From Selaginella moellendorffii (Eukaryota; Plantae; Lycopodiophyta), in NCBI RefSeq assembly GCF_000143415.4, contig NW_003314277.1, positions 1,560,083 to 1,624,082 of the forward strand: a stretch of 64,000 nt of DNA, in the 5' to 3' direction. The notes beneath the pieces are model-generated. The model was not told the origin of the DNA. It was given only the letters and a program-made list of their open reading frames with translations, and made no database searches. The position numbers and the translations under genes were made by a program. How positions within the stretch are numbered: the first letter of the stretch is position 1; each line of letters starts with the position of its first letter. Of this stretch, positions 50,700 through 64,000 are shown one piece after another.

Positions 50700-51250
50700 G
50701 GAAGTGGCTGGATGGAGATTGGGCAACCTAGAAGATGCCTAGAGTGAGGCAAAACTCCTCAACATCCTCAGCATGTTTATGCTTGAGGAGTTTTTGTTGA
50801 ATAAACGGCTTTAATCCCTGGTCAAAAGCAGCAACCACAATTTACTTAGTGATGTTTGGGATCTAGGTGAGGCATAGGTTCTAGTGCTGCTTGAACCAAC
50901 ATATATACTCGATAATGGACTCATGTGGTGCTTGCTAGAAAGAAAAGAGTTCAGTGTGAAATTGTTAGAGATCCTTCTTCTGTCCCAATGTCTTAAGGAA
51001 GAGCCTCTTCACCTTTGTGAATTGTTCCCACTCTGTATCTAATAGTGACTTTACCCAAATCTGAGCTTATCCATACATTAATCGAAGAAAGTGGTTGTGC
51101 TTATTTGTATCCGTTGTGATTCCATTCGAGTCACAAAAAACCTTAAATTTTACTATATAACTCCATGCTAATAAAGCTCTAGGTGTGAAGAGAAGTAAAT
51201 CCACACTTTGCTATAGGATATAGACCAGATTAGCCATCTCCACTATCTAT
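50700..51250 (-). mobile_element. Decayed retrotransposon gag remnant
   Basis: ELFSF*QAPHESIIEYICWFKQ resembles the gag LxQxxxESVxxYxxRF motif. Confidence 0.5.
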
Positions 51251-52479
51251 TACAAATCCCTAAGTAAGGTATCTAGTGAATCCTTTTCATTCGAGATGAA
51301 TTGGTCAAAATTAAGCTCTTGTTTCAAATGTGAAAACTTGCCTTTCAAAGTGGAGACTAGTGCCTTCCAAATTGATCCTCTAGATGATCATGAATATGTT
51401 ATCCTTGGCATAAAACATTCAAATCATTGCAAATGCCTAAACATGGTAAATGCTATGAAGTGATGCACCCAATTTAGCAAGTTGAATTGTCCCAAAAAAC
51501 CCTAAGCAAAGGCCATAACCAAAATAAATGGTTGTGAATGTTGCAAACTCCAAAATAAAACTTAAAAAAGTGTGAAGATGTTGAGATATCTCCAAAAAAA
51601 AAAAAGTGTTATACTTTTTTGTTAAGAACTCCTATTGTGGTGGATGGAATTACCTAAAAAATGGCTTAATATCAGCCTAAGAAACCAAGTCACCCTCCTT
51701 ATATAAAAGATTTACAAAAACCAAGTGCAATATGGGAGAAAAACTCTTAAAAATAATGATTAGGCTCTAACAAGGATGAAAGTTAGTGAAGAACAACAAG
51801 ATCTCATGGAATTAGGCACCAAATTAATGATTTAATACAGAAATGAGAAATCATAAAGGAATCTACAATCTTGATGTAAGAAATTGTGAGAAAGGTAAAA
51901 ACTTTGTACACTAAAGAGGCATGCAACATGATGCTAGAGAAAATGACTTGGATCTGGCTTAAAACTCCATGAAATTATTTAAGTCATGACTCAAATAAAA
52001 GAATAAAGAAAGGCACACACAATGCAATAAACGGCAGTAAAAATAGACTTTAGACACTCTAGAAATTAACATTCAAATATTGCCATGTCATGGGGAAAAA
52101 AGAAACTAAAGTATGATTTATAAGAAACGATGGAAACACATAAATTTGGATGATGGGAAATTCTATCCATGTCTTAAGACCACTCAAAAGTAAGGTTTTA
52201 CAATGATGCACAAAATGGAAAGAATTCTTAACATGTTATAAGCCATAATTTTTTTCTTTTCAATTTGCTAGCTTACCTCATCTATTTGACCACTACTACC
52301 TTGGCCTTAGTTAAATTTCTTCGCCAAGGTTTCCGCCTGTATTAGTTCTTACTTAGTCCTACTTGGTTTTAGCTACTCACTACATAAGCAATGGAGCGTT
52401 AGCCATCCATTCATGGATTCCCAAATTCTCTCATAATCCCCCTCCCTAAGTTAGACTATATTTAAGATTCAGTTACACT

Positions 52480-54758
52480 TCCTGCAGGCATAAGTAGCCA
52501 AGCACACTAAGTTTCCAACTTCCTAACACCTCTTAGTATAACAAAACTTGATCATAAGACCCTCTAAATCCCAAGCTTTGGGTGCATCACTTGCTTCAAG
52601 ACCTTGGGGGGAAACACCATGGCCTAACAGCCCAGTATAGGTACCTTTACTCCCCCACTTTTGTCCCAAAGGGAAAGCTCAAACCCCTAGGAAGGAGTGA
52701 GGACCAACGAGCCACAATATACTCAAGTGGGGCACCACTCCACATGAGTCAGGAGCATTGTAGTTGGTTTCCTTTTCGAAAGTGGGAGTTACTTTTGAGC
52801 ACTTCCTTGGGTGGCCCTTTTGGCACCACCTGAGTCCATGTTCACTCCCACCCAAGGCCTCTAAGCCTCAGTCTCAACCTCAAGTCAGTTTGGAAGCACC
52901 ACTGGAAAGTTCTTTTAAAACTACTTCTTGAACCTCATTATCCCTACTATACTTTTGAAACCCTCTACAACCCTAGTTGTGGGATGAAATGCTTTAGGCT
53001 TTCACCCACGACTTGTATTAGTATTCAGACTTAGTGTTAGACTTGATCTTGGACTCGAGATTGGACTCAACCTTAGACTTTGTCTCGGACTCAATCTTGG
53101 ACTCAACCTCAGACCTAACCTCGGACTCAGTTTTGGACTTGATCTCGAACTTGGTCTCAGACCTGATCTCAGATCTTGGACTTGGTCTCGAACTCAATTT
53201 TAAAGTCAGTCTCAAACTCGATCTCGAACTTGGAGTTGGTTTTGGACTCAATCTCAAACTCAATTTTATCCAATGAACTTTTTATCATTCCGATCATGGT
53301 TTCAAAGATCCTTTAGCCTATAACACTTGGGGAGTTGATTCCTTCCAACTCCACCACCCAATGAAGAAATTCGATACCCACATCAAACATCTCTTTTTAA
53401 TCATATGACTTATTCATCATGTCTTTAGGGGCATCCCCCTACTTAGTGGTGTGCTTAAGTCAGCTTCCCCAGAGCCCATGACAATGGGATATAGGTGTCC
53501 TTATACCCCTTACCTCACCACACCATACTATAGGGTTAGGACTTGAACCCAGCCTTGCTTTACTAAAGGGTTGCAACCTCCATAGAATAAATCTACAAAT
53601 TTGACATCCCCATGGGGAGTCAGGCATAGCTAACTATGCCTAGTTGATCTAGCTAACCCGTGCTAATTAGTTTACCTTCAGCATGCCTTCGGGTCCCAAT
53701 ATATAACATTGCTCAATTTCACAAATGGACACTTTAATTGAACTTTATATAAGCACATAAAGTTTTACCTTGCAAAAATTCCTCCACTAAATTTTGCACA
53801 TTCATTAGGTTCTCTTTTAGTTCCCATGTTACTTCACAGTATGGAAATTCTTTCCACTTCATATAGAACCCCCTCACCTCGCATCTTTGTCACTTGCTCT
53901 TGCTTGCATTGAGGATGGCCTTGACCTCGTATTCCTCTTCCATTGGATAACCTCGGATAAAGGTGTTACTTGGTCCTTGTGAAGCGGATCCTCAAAGTAT
54001 GGCTTGAGTAAGTTCACATGGAACACAAGGTGCATCTTCCCCATCTCTCGAGAAAGTCAGAGGTGGTAAGCCACTTTACGAATTCAAGCCTCAATCTCAT
54101 AAAGCCCCACGAACCTACTTAAAGAATTCAAAATTAGTTTATTTTCATGAACACATGCATTTTACCTTTTGGGCAACTTTTGGCTGATCTCACTTGGTAA
54201 CCTTAGGTTCTTGGTGTTTAGCCACACCTTCTCCCGAGGTTGGAACTCTACGTCTTGCCGCTTCTAGTTCACGTATATGGTTTGTCTTTGTTGAGCTCAT
54301 TCCAAGGAATCCCTCACTAAATTCCAAATGTTGAATCTTTTTACTATGAATACCTCTATTATAAGTAACTCTCCATGATACTCGGCTACGCCGAGTTTAC
54401 AGAACCTTCAATAGCTCGCTCATTGATGACTTTTTATAGACTCACACCAATCCTCGAATGTGGTGAGTTGTTATAGCACATTTCCACAAGTCCCAAATGA
54501 TTTATCTAATCAATCTAGGCTCCAGAGACATAGCATCGCAAATAATCCTCCAACTGCCTTTCACTTTTTTTATTTGTCCATTTGTTAAGAAGTGTTATTG
54601 CCATCAAACTTGACTCAATACTCAATACCTGCTTGTGGATGATAGGCTATGTGAGTTCTCTAGAATTTATTGGTGAAGATCTTATCAATCTGAGATAATT
54701 TCATCTAGCCTTCCCCATATTTGAACCACTTGTTTGAAGAATAGTTTTGCCACACTTT
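52480..54758 (-). mobile_element. Older gypsy element: 3' LTR (~52480-53348), PPT and integrase C-terminal half; host of the nested element
   Basis: Reverse-complement PPT gggtggtggagttg near 53348; VAYHL*L...MHLVFHVNLLKP; SVAKLFFKQVVQIWG..IISD. Confidence 0.8.
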
Positions 54759-54990
54759 TGTGAGACACAAAATCCCTAGGCCCCAAAGTGGAGCCGGAAG
54801 GGCGCCACGTGGTAGTGGCCGAAGCGAGAGCCAAACGAGCGTAACACGTTTGGACCAAAAGCTCCGACTTGAAAAGTCAAGAGCGGGAGTGGAACTCCCA
54901 ACGAAGTGCTCGAGGAACGAGCACGAAGCGAGCAAAAAGCGAGGCTCCAAAAAGGGACCCAAAAGGACCAACACATGACACGTGGAAGTG

Positions 54991-55445
54991 TCCGAGATGG
55001 ACCCGAGATGGAGTCCGAGATGGACCTGAGAAGGAGTCCGAGATGGAGTCCGAGAAGGAGTCCGAGATGGAGTCCGAGATGGACCCGAGATGGAGTCCGA
55101 GATGGACCCGAGATGGAGTCCGAGATGGACCCGAGATGGAGTCCGAGAAGGAGTCCGAGATGGACCGAGACGGAGTCCGATATGGAGTCCGAGATGGACC
55201 CAAGATGGGGTCCGAGATGGAGTCCGAGATGGACCGAGACGGAGTCCGATATGGAGTCCGAGATGGACCCGAGATGGGGTCCGAGATGGAGTCCGAGATG
55301 GACCCGAGATGGAGTCCGAGATGGAGTCCGAGATGGAACCGAGACCGAGACCGAGGCTGAGACCGAGACCGAGACCGAGTCCGAGTCCGAAACCGGGACC
55401 GAGACCGAGTCCGAGTCCGAGTTCGAGCCCGAGTCTGAGTCCGAA
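54991..55445 (+). repeat. GAGTCCGAGATG / GGACCCGAGAT tandem array in the 5' LTR
   Basis: Direct reading; explains the spurious SPRW/ESEM ORFs. Confidence 0.95.
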
Positions 55446-58400
55446 TACTAATACAGGCAGTTGGGTGAAAGCCCAAAGCGATCGTCCCCCAGGGGGGGGG
55501 GGCTGCGGGGGGTTCCAAAAGTATAGTAGGGAGAGTGTGGGGGTTGGAGCCCAGTGGAGCCAGTTTGGCCAGGAAAGGCCAATTTGGCCCAGGAAGGCCA
55601 GACCCAGTGTTGAGTGATGAGCTGACCACTGGGAAGTCCAAGACTAGAGTGAACACGGACCGACAAGCGGGGTAACTTGGTGAAGTGTTCAAGAGCCGGC
55701 TCTAGTTCCCCCGGGAGATCGACTAGCCGATGCTCCCAGTCCAAGTGTGGGTGGCACTACCTACTTGGATACCTGGTGTGGCTCAACGGAACCCGCTCTA
55801 AGCCCATGGCTAGAGCACCCAAGGGCAGAAGGCGAGGAGAGTACCCAGGTGGCTCGCGTAAGGCCACGGTGTTCCGAAATGTTGTCCCAAAGGCCCAGAC
55901 TGTGGAAAGGAAGAGGAGCAGTCCTCTGGGGTAGTGACCAAGGACACAGTCGTGTGGTGAGGAAGTCCCAGAGGACCGTGGGACTTAGTGGTCAGGCCTG
56001 TGGGTCTCGATCCAGTGGCAGTGTTGGCAAACACGGCCAGGGGCAGAAAGGGACTTAGTGGGGATTGACAGAGGGATATTGGGGAAGGCTATTCCCCTTG
56101 TCGGTGGGCATCCTAAGGATGCTAAGGAGTGGATCTGAGATGACCACTCACGGATGGTTTGCCTAGTCTTGGAGAGCCAAGACGGTGATGTAGGTGGTAT
56201 TGGACTACCAGTGTGGCAAAGGTGATTGGGCATGGCCTTAGCGTAACGGGCTGCTATGTCGGTGGTACCTTTGAGTGTCGGTCATGGGATCGGACACGTG
56301 GAGCACTTGGACCAAGTGCAAATGTTGAGTGGCATGGATGCCATTCGCGGGGCTAGCAAGTCCCAAGTCCGGGATTGGACTCATGGAGGTTGTGAATGAG
56401 ACTCCTCCAAAGTGGTCAGAGGTGTGGTTAAGTGACTAAAGTAGGATGGAAAATTTAGTCGCTTACAACTTAGTATCGGAGCTGTTCCTTAGTCCGACTT
56501 TTATTGGTGCTCAAGTATATCACCACTAGTGTTGGCATCGGAAGGTCCGAGGAGTGGGCCTATCCTTGAGGAGTAGCAAGTCAGGAAGACATGGCTCTCC
56601 ATTACAGTTCATGTGTGAACTTGTAGACGAGGTGGTGGATAGAAAAGGGCCAATAATGGAACGACTTTGGGATCTTGGGAACAGTGCAAGGTTTTCCTCA
56701 TTGAGTTGAGGATGTGATCTGGATGAGCATTTGTCTCAGCAAATTGGCTAAGGTTGTTGTGGTAAACAACTAAAGTTGGGATCACGGGAAAGATAGAGAC
56801 TCCAAAACAATAAAGGAGTCACAAGATTATCCTCATATAGTTGAGGTTGGTGCTCATGAATGTGAGACCAGAGGTAATAACCGTGGGAGGTCAAATACGG
56901 AAGAGGACTCAAGTCCTTGAAATGGTAGCCGGGGCTACCTTTAATAAATGCTGGAACAACCCAAGGAGTTGGGGGGTGTACTTAGAGATGAGTGGTATTC
57001 TCATCGCATGGACAAGTAGTCCTAAGGGGCAAAAGTTGCCCCCAGAGAACAAAATCAAGTGTTGGAGTAACACTTGTGAAAATAGTCCTTTTGAGTAGGA
57101 CAGGAATGCAAGGAGTGTATTCCAGTGAGCTAGTGCCTCACAAGTAGAACCTTAAGGGTCTGTGGATTAACCAAGTCCAAAACTGCTAGATGACTCAAGT
57201 AGAGTCAAGGGATAGTCCTAAAAGGACTGATGGAAGCATTTGGACTGAGGTGTGTTGTACCCCACAAAGGATGGGGGGGGATCATAGGATCCCAGGATGA
57301 GAACAGAGGGTATTTCATCGATGGCAGAATGTGCCATGCTAAAGTTATGGGAAAGGTGTTCCCAGAAGAAAACAACTTTGACACAAAGTTGTGTGTGACC
57401 TCTATGGTGCAGTGCTAACGGATGGTTGGCATGAGAAAAAGCGGTGTTAGTCTTGGCAAAGACTTAGACACGAAGGGACAGTGTCATAGAGGTAGGCTCG
57501 TGGAGCCGATGGTGTGGAGACACCAAATGTGCCAAGGTGTGATACCTTGAGGCTATGTTGGTGGGTTCATGAGAACCCCTTGCCAAAGGAATCCCAATAG
57601 AAATGGGAATGGCATAGCCTAAGCTGCAGAGCATGCAATTGGAGTGTGGTGACCTAGATAATGATGGAGGTGTGAAAGCACCAAGCAATGAGTTGTAGGA
57701 CTTGACAACTATGAGGCAACTAAGCAAGAGGTGCAAAATAACTGGTTAAATGGGTAGAAGGTAGCTACCCAAGACTTCTTAATAGCATAGGGAAGTCAGA
57801 TATACCCTTACGGGGGATAAGTTGCTTGTGTTGCGATATAGTAAGTCAATGTCATAAAAGGAAATACTCATTGTCAAAAAAGCCATCATTGGGACACCCG
57901 AACACTCTAGAACACCAGAAGATGGTGTTTGATGTCGCGAGGGCAATGGGTAAAGCCCAAGGGACTAAGTCCCTAGCGAATGATGGATAGAAGGTGCTAT
58001 CCAAATGTCCAAGGTTGTGGAGACAGGAGAGGACTGTCTACCCGAGTTGGACAAAGCCAAGAATGGAATTTTGGCAAGGTTAGTGATGGGCATGTAAAGG
58101 CCCATAAGCAACAATGTAATCCCAGTATGTGGGATTATAATGTGAGCATACCCGGATTGAGGAACCACTCCCTGGGCTATTGGGTAGATTCATCCCTAAG
58201 AATACTTGCTAAGGCATGATAGAAAGTGCAAAACTATCCTCCTGGTCTGGAGGAGAATGACCGAAGGAAAGGTGTGAAGCCAAAAGCAAGAAGTAAGGGG
58301 ATGGAACCGAACCATAGGAATCGAAGGGCATAACCAAGGTTGGTTATGCCAGCTGGGAGTGGAGAATCAAGTGGGGGCTCGAGGGTGTTGCCGCTAGCAA

Positions 58401-60807
58401 CCGTGATGCCATGGAGAGTTTAAAATATGGAATTGTCCATGTTAGACTATGTGGCAATTGGAAAGCTTGCAAAAAGGGAGGCCTTAGCAAGCTAAGGGAC
58501 AGAGTTCCTTCAAGGTTCCCGAAGACGATTCTAGGTAGCTTAGTACTTAGAAAGGCCAAGTGTAAATGGTTCATAGAACGCACGAAATCAGAGTGGCGCA
58601 GCAGAAGCGTGGTCTTGAAGCTTGCCATGAGGCAAGGCTGTCAAGGTTAGGGAAGTAGTTCCCGAGTGTTCAAAGAGAGGGCTTTGAAGGAAAGTCGATG
58701 GTCAAGGACTTTCACGCTTGTGCAAGAACCATGTTACAGTGGTCAGAGGACTTGCCAAGCGAGATTGGCAAGTCAGGGGAACAAATACCCTAGTTGAAGG
58801 TGATAACTTCAAAAAGGGTGGGCCATGGGGCCAAGCATGGAGGAGTCCATGCATGATCACAGGCTTGCCAAGTGAGAGGACTTGGCAGTGCGGGGGAACT
58901 AGGTTCCTAAGTTGTGATCTGTAACGCGCTTTAAATAAAAAGTTGGTGCACCGGCGTGGGGAGTCACGCCTGGCATCTTGGATGATGCCTTCCGTAGATG
59001 CATATACGGAGGTTGGGTTCGAGTCCCGACCCTCTAGTGCTTGGGTTCGAGTCCCAAATCACTAGGGCGTGGTGATGGTTTGGAATATGAGGACACTCAT
59101 ATTTCGGTGGTCATGGACTCTCAGTGGGGAGACTGGTTTGGGCACACTGCCAAGCGAGGGATGCCTCGGAGTCGTGATGCACGGTTAGATTGCTTAGTGT
59201 GAAAGCTCGGCATATCTAACTTGAACCCTTTGGTGCAAGTGGCACCAAGGACGTGGTGAGTGAGATGGGGACACCTAATCTCAGTTGCTATGGACCCTTG
59301 GCCGGAAGGGCTGGCTTGGGCGCACCGCCAAGTGTGGGGGATGCCCCCGGGGTCGTAGTTAACAAGTTAAAGGTCTGGAAGACCTAGTACCTATTGGCAA
59401 ACCTGTTAAGGTGCCGAGGTGAGATCACTAGGTGATCTTGTGGCTAAATAAGGACAAGGTCCTTGTTTGGGCTAAGGAATAAGGTTCCTAGTTCAAAGTG
59501 TTGATTTGAACTATTGATGATGGTGTGGCTTGGTCAAGGTGACCAAGTGGGAAAAGCACCTTAGGTAAATGAGCTATGTCATTGCGATGGCATAGTGTGT
59601 CCAAGGAAAGTAGTCTCTAAAGAGACCCATGGGAGGGTCACAAAGTTGGGCCATGGATAGAGCCCCCAGCAGAAGATGCTAAAAGAGACTTACTAGGGGT
59701 GAACACCCTAGTCTTGGCAAAGCAGAGCCTTTGCTATGGAATCCAAAGAATACCTTAAGGAGGGAGGTAGAGATTCGATGTTGCTTGGTGCAACAATCAA
59801 CGGATAGGAGCAAAAGATGAGTGGCCAAGATAGGGCCGTGGAATCCCTTGGAAGGAATCCAAGTGACAAAGTTAGGCGAGGAACACTAATGTGTTGGACG
59901 CTAACAAATTGCGGGAAAGGAAGTGTGTTTCCAAGGATGGATTCCGAATTGCTCCGATTTGGCGAAAGTGGAAGCTCCAAGGGAGGGAGCGGTAAGGTAG
60001 CCAAATGATAGGGCCATGGACAGCCCTAGCACAAGGTATGATAAATGGAACTTAGTGCCCAAGGTGGCACGAAATAGAAGAGAGGATGATGGTGCCCTCA
60101 AGTAATGAGCTTCCTAGGATGGGGAAGTGGAGTTGCACAATCTGTGCAATGCAAGGTGTTGGAGACACCTAGGAAATTGACTTCCAAAAGTCAAAAGAGT
60201 AAAAGTTCCAAGGTGCAAACGTTCAATGGATGGAAATTGAGACTACTCGAGAAGGAGTAGTGGGATTGACTTAGAGAAGGGTCTCTAAGAAGTTTAGCGA
60301 GAACTAAACCAATAAAAGGAGAGAACCACTACATGTGGTCCAATCAGTCTCTAAGTTGGAGAGACTACCCTCCTTAGAGGATAGGCAAGGCATGGTGAGC
60401 CTTTGGTGTCAAACCATTGAGACATATGCAAAAGGTATGGTGAGCCTTCAATGTCAAACCATTGACAGATATTGGCTAGGTGCTAAGGATGGAAATGGTA
60501 ACACATGCGAGTGTTACTTTACAAAATGGTTTACCGTTCGATGAGGACATCGAACTTCGTCTAGGGGTGGTGGAGTTGTGAGACACAAAATCCCTAGGCC
60601 CCAAAGTGGAGCCGGAAGGGCGCCACGTGGTAGTGGCCGAAGCGAGAGCCAAACGAGCGTAACACGTTTGGACCAAAAGCTCCGACTTGAAAAGTCAAGA
60701 GCGGGAGTGGAACTCCCAACAAAGTGCTCGAGGAACGAGCACGAAGCGAGCAAAAAGCGAGGCTCCAAAAAGGGACCCAAAAGGACCAACACATGACACG
60801 TGGAAGT

Positions 60808-61307
60808 GTCCGAGATGGACCCGAGATGGAGTCCGAGATGGACCCGAGAAGGAGTCCGAGATGGAGTCCGAGAAGGAGTCCGAGATGGAGTCCGAGATGG
60901 ACCCGAGATGGAGTCCGAGATGGACCTGAGATGGAGTCCGAGATGGACCCGAGATGGAGTCCGAGAAGGAGTCCGAGATGGACCGAGATGGAGTCCGAGA
61001 AGGAGTCCGAGATGGACCGAGACGGAGTCCGATATGGAGTCCGAGATGGACCCAAGATGGGGTCCGAGATGGAGTCCGAGATGGACCGAGACGGAGTCCG
61101 ATATGGAGTCCGAGATGGACCCGAGATAGGGTCCGAGATGGAGTCCGAGATGGACCCGAGATGGAGTCCGAGATGGAGTCCGAGATGGAGTCCGAGATGG
61201 AACCAAGACCGAGACCGAGGCTGAGACCGAGACTGAGACCGAGTCCGAGTCCGAAACCGGGACCGAGACCGAGTCCGAGTCCGAGTTCGAGCCCGAGTCC
61301 GAGTCCG
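60808..61307 (+). repeat. Same tandem array in the 3' LTR (longer)
   Basis: Direct reading. Confidence 0.95.
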
Positions 61308-62356
61308 AATACTAATACAGGCAGTTGGGTGAAAGCCCAAAGCGTTCTTCCCCCAGGGGGGGGGGGGGGGGGCTGCGGGGGGTTCCAAAAGTATAGTAGG
61401 GAGAGTGTGGGGGTTGGAGCCCAGTGGAGCCAGTTTGGCCAGGAAAGGCCAGTTTGGCCAGGAAAGGCCAGTTTGGCCCAGGAAGGCCAGACCCAGTGTT
61501 GAGTGATGAGCTGACCACTGGGAAGTCCAAGACTAGAGTGAACATGGACCGACAAGCGGGGTAGCTTGGTGAAGTGTTCAAGAGCCGGCTCTAGTTCCCC
61601 CGGGAGATCGACTAGCCGATGCTCCCAGTCCAAGTGTGGGTGGCACTACCTACTTGGATACCTGGTGTGGCTCAACGGAACCCGCTCTAAGCCCATGGCT
61701 AGAGCACCCAAGGGCAGAAGGCGAGGAGAGTACCCAGGTGGCTCGCGTAAGGCCACGGTGTTCCGAAATGTTGTCCCAAAGGCCCAGACTGTGGAAAGGA
61801 AGAGGAGCAGTCCTCTAGGGTAGTGACCAAGGACACAGTTGTGTGGTGAGGAAGTCCCAGAGGACCGTGGGACTTAGTGGTCAGGCCTGTGGGTCTCGAT
61901 CCAGTGGCAGTGTTGGCAAACACGGCCAGGGGCAGAAAGGGACTTAGTGGGGATTGACAGAGGGATATTGGGGAAGGCTATTCCCCTTGTCGGTGGGCAT
62001 CCTAAGGATGCTAAGGAGTGGATCTGAGATGACCACTCACGGATGGTTTGCCTAGTCTTGGAGAGCCAAGACGGTGATGCAGGTGGTATTGGACTACCAG
62101 TGTGGCAAAGGTGATTGGGCATGGCCTTAGCGTAACGGGCTGCTATGTCGGTGGTACCTTTGAGTGTCGGTCATGGGATCGGACACGTGGAGCACTTGGA
62201 CCAAGTGCAAATGTTGAGTGGCATGGATGCCATTCGCGGGGCTAGCAAGTCCCAAGTCCGGGATTGGACTCATGGAGGTTGTGAATGAGACTCCTCCAAA
62301 GTGGTCAGAGGTGTGGTTAAGTGACTAAAGTAGGATGGAAAATTTAGTCGCTTACA

Positions 62357-62720
62357 ACTTTCTGCATCCACTTCCGTTGTGGTGGATATGAAATATGCCA
62401 TCTTTGAAAACTGGTCCACCACCATAAATATCACATCAAACCCCTCACTTGGGGGAAGTCTCATAATGAAGTTCATCGTAAGACATTTTCACATATGATC
62501 TGGAATTGGGATGCTTTGTAACAAGCCCCCACTAGCTTTAGTCACGTTTTTGATTTGGTAACATGTTAGACATGTCTTTACATAGTGTTGGATGTCTTTA
62601 GCCATGTCTAGATAATGATACTTTCTCTTGAGTAAGCTTATTGTCTTGGCACTCCGTTATGTCTTGCAAAAGGTTAATCATGACACTCTTCTAAGTTACA
62701 TTCTTTAGCTCATTTTGTGT
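62357..62720 (-). mobile_element. Integrase N-terminal half of the host gypsy element
   Basis: MNFIMRLPPSEGFDVIFMVVDQFSKMAYFIST continues into 54758 once the nested element is removed. Confidence 0.85.
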
Positions 62721-62921
62721 AACATACACTCTCATTTGTTTATAATAGATGAGTCTATTGCATTTATATAACTTGTCTTTCTATTCCACATGCGGCTCAC
62801 CTCTCTAGTGAGCATTCCACACTTCTTGGTACAACCAGATTTGATCATGGGACCATATAAATCCCAAGCTTTAGGTGCATCACTTGCTTTGGGACCCCAA
62901 AGGGAAACACCGTGACCTAAC

Positions 62922-63720
62922 TGTAAGTGATTAATTTTTTCATTCTACTTTAGTCATTTAACCACACCTTTAACCACTTGGAGGAGTCTCATTCACAACC
63001 TTCGTAAGTCTAATTTAGGACTTGGGGCTTGCTAACCCCGAGAATGGCATCCATGCCACTCAACCTTTGCACTTGGTCCAAGTGTTCCATGTGTTCAATC
63101 CCATAACCGACACCCAAAAGTACCACCAACATATCAGCCCGTTATACTAAAGCCATGCCCATTCACCTTTGCTACACTGGTGGTCTAATACCATCTACAT
63201 CTTAGTCCTGTCTCACCAAAACTGGGCCATCCGTCCATGAGTGGTACTCCCCGATCCACTCCTTAGCATCCTTAGGATGCTCGTAGATATAGGGAACAAC
63301 TTTCCCCAATATCCCTTTTTCGGTCCCTACTAAGTCTCTTTTTGTCTATGGCTGTGTTCGCCAACACTGCCACTGGATCAAGGCCTGCATGCCCAACCAC
63401 TAAGTCTCACTGTCTTTTGGGACTTCCTTACTATGTGATTGTATCTTTAGTCACTACACTAGAGGACTACTTTTCTTCCTTTCCACAATCTGGGACTTTG
63501 GAACAACATTTCCATGGCCTTACACGAGCCTCATAGGTACTCTCCCCACCTTCCACCCTTGGGTGCTTTAGCCATGGGCTTAAAGCAAGGTTTTGTTTAA
63601 CCACGCCAGGTATCCAAGTAAGTAGTGCCAACCATGCTTGGATTGGAAGCATCAATCATTTGATCTCCCAAGGAAACTAAAGCTGACTTTTGAACACTTC
63701 ACCAAACTACCCTACTTGTC
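62922..63720 (-). mobile_element. Older diverged partial LTR of the 54759 family, in reverse orientation
   Basis: Reverse complement of the LTR 3' part, e.g. tgtaagtga...ggaggagtctcattcacaacc...gaatggcatccatgccactcaac...tttgaacacttcaccaa. Confidence 0.85.
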
Positions 63721-64000
63721 TGTAGCGCACCTTATTTCTCTCCCCTTAAGCTAACTGGAAAAAGGGCAATTACTTAATGAAAGAGCCCTTAGTGGCTATT
63801 TTATCCCCATTTATCCCCCAAGGTTCCAAGGATTCACGGTGACAATATATCTAAATCTCATCCCATGATCACATACGCTACACTCACCCCCCCTTCAGAG
63901 ATGTCAATGTCCTCATTGACTATTGATTAGCAACCCCTATTGAGCCAAGGGGAACCAGCACCTCCATTTCCACATTGAATTTACCAATCCTTCCATTGTG

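Larger units (their letters stand above)
54759..62356 (+). mobile_element. Young non-autonomous LTR retroelement (LARD-like), 7.6 kb
   Basis: LTRs 54759-56467 and 60577-62356 (TG...CA, nearly identical); TSD ACTTT; PBS-like TAGTATCGGAGC; PPT AGGGGTGGTGGAG; internal 4.1 kb with no listed ORF above 100 aa. Confidence 0.95.

Noticed and set aside
54869-55692. Long overlapping ORFs rich in SPRW/ESEM/RDGV (also 60514-61633)
   Set aside because: Products of the stop-free tandem array in the LTRs, not genes.

Overview
Eukaryotic plant DNA. The very short (~50 bp) introns, compact intergenic spaces and PLS-type PPR gene suggest a lycophyte such as Selaginella; this is inferred, not proven. Apparently intact host genes: tRNA-Pro(TGG), a PLS/E PPR gene, a DnaJ-ferredoxin (DJC76-like) gene, an intronless RNA 3'-phosphate cyclase followed by RRM/CCHC exons, GCP4, an intronless coiled-coil protein with a HEPN-like RNxxxH motif, and a secreted B-lectin. 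Gene debris includes Crinkler/RHS-like NTPase fragments, a split and inverted EF-Ts pseudogene and a RIBA fragment. From about 25.7 kb the window is mostly nested transposons: a full-length Ty3/gypsy element (174-bp LTRs, 4-bp TSD), a young non-coding LTR element nested in an older gypsy integrase, and a 13.5-kb Sola-type DNA transposon (TIRs, TAAT TSD). The Sola-type element is the main candidate for a new system. It carries a divergently transcribed cargo gene with ParB/Srx-like, degenerate beta-class DNA amino-methyltransferase-like and FCP1-like HAD phosphatase segments. It also carries about 25 dispersed copies of a 22-bp palindrome (ATGGCRTG-N6-CAYGCCAT) that I saw only inside the element, concentrated in its introns and non-coding DNA.
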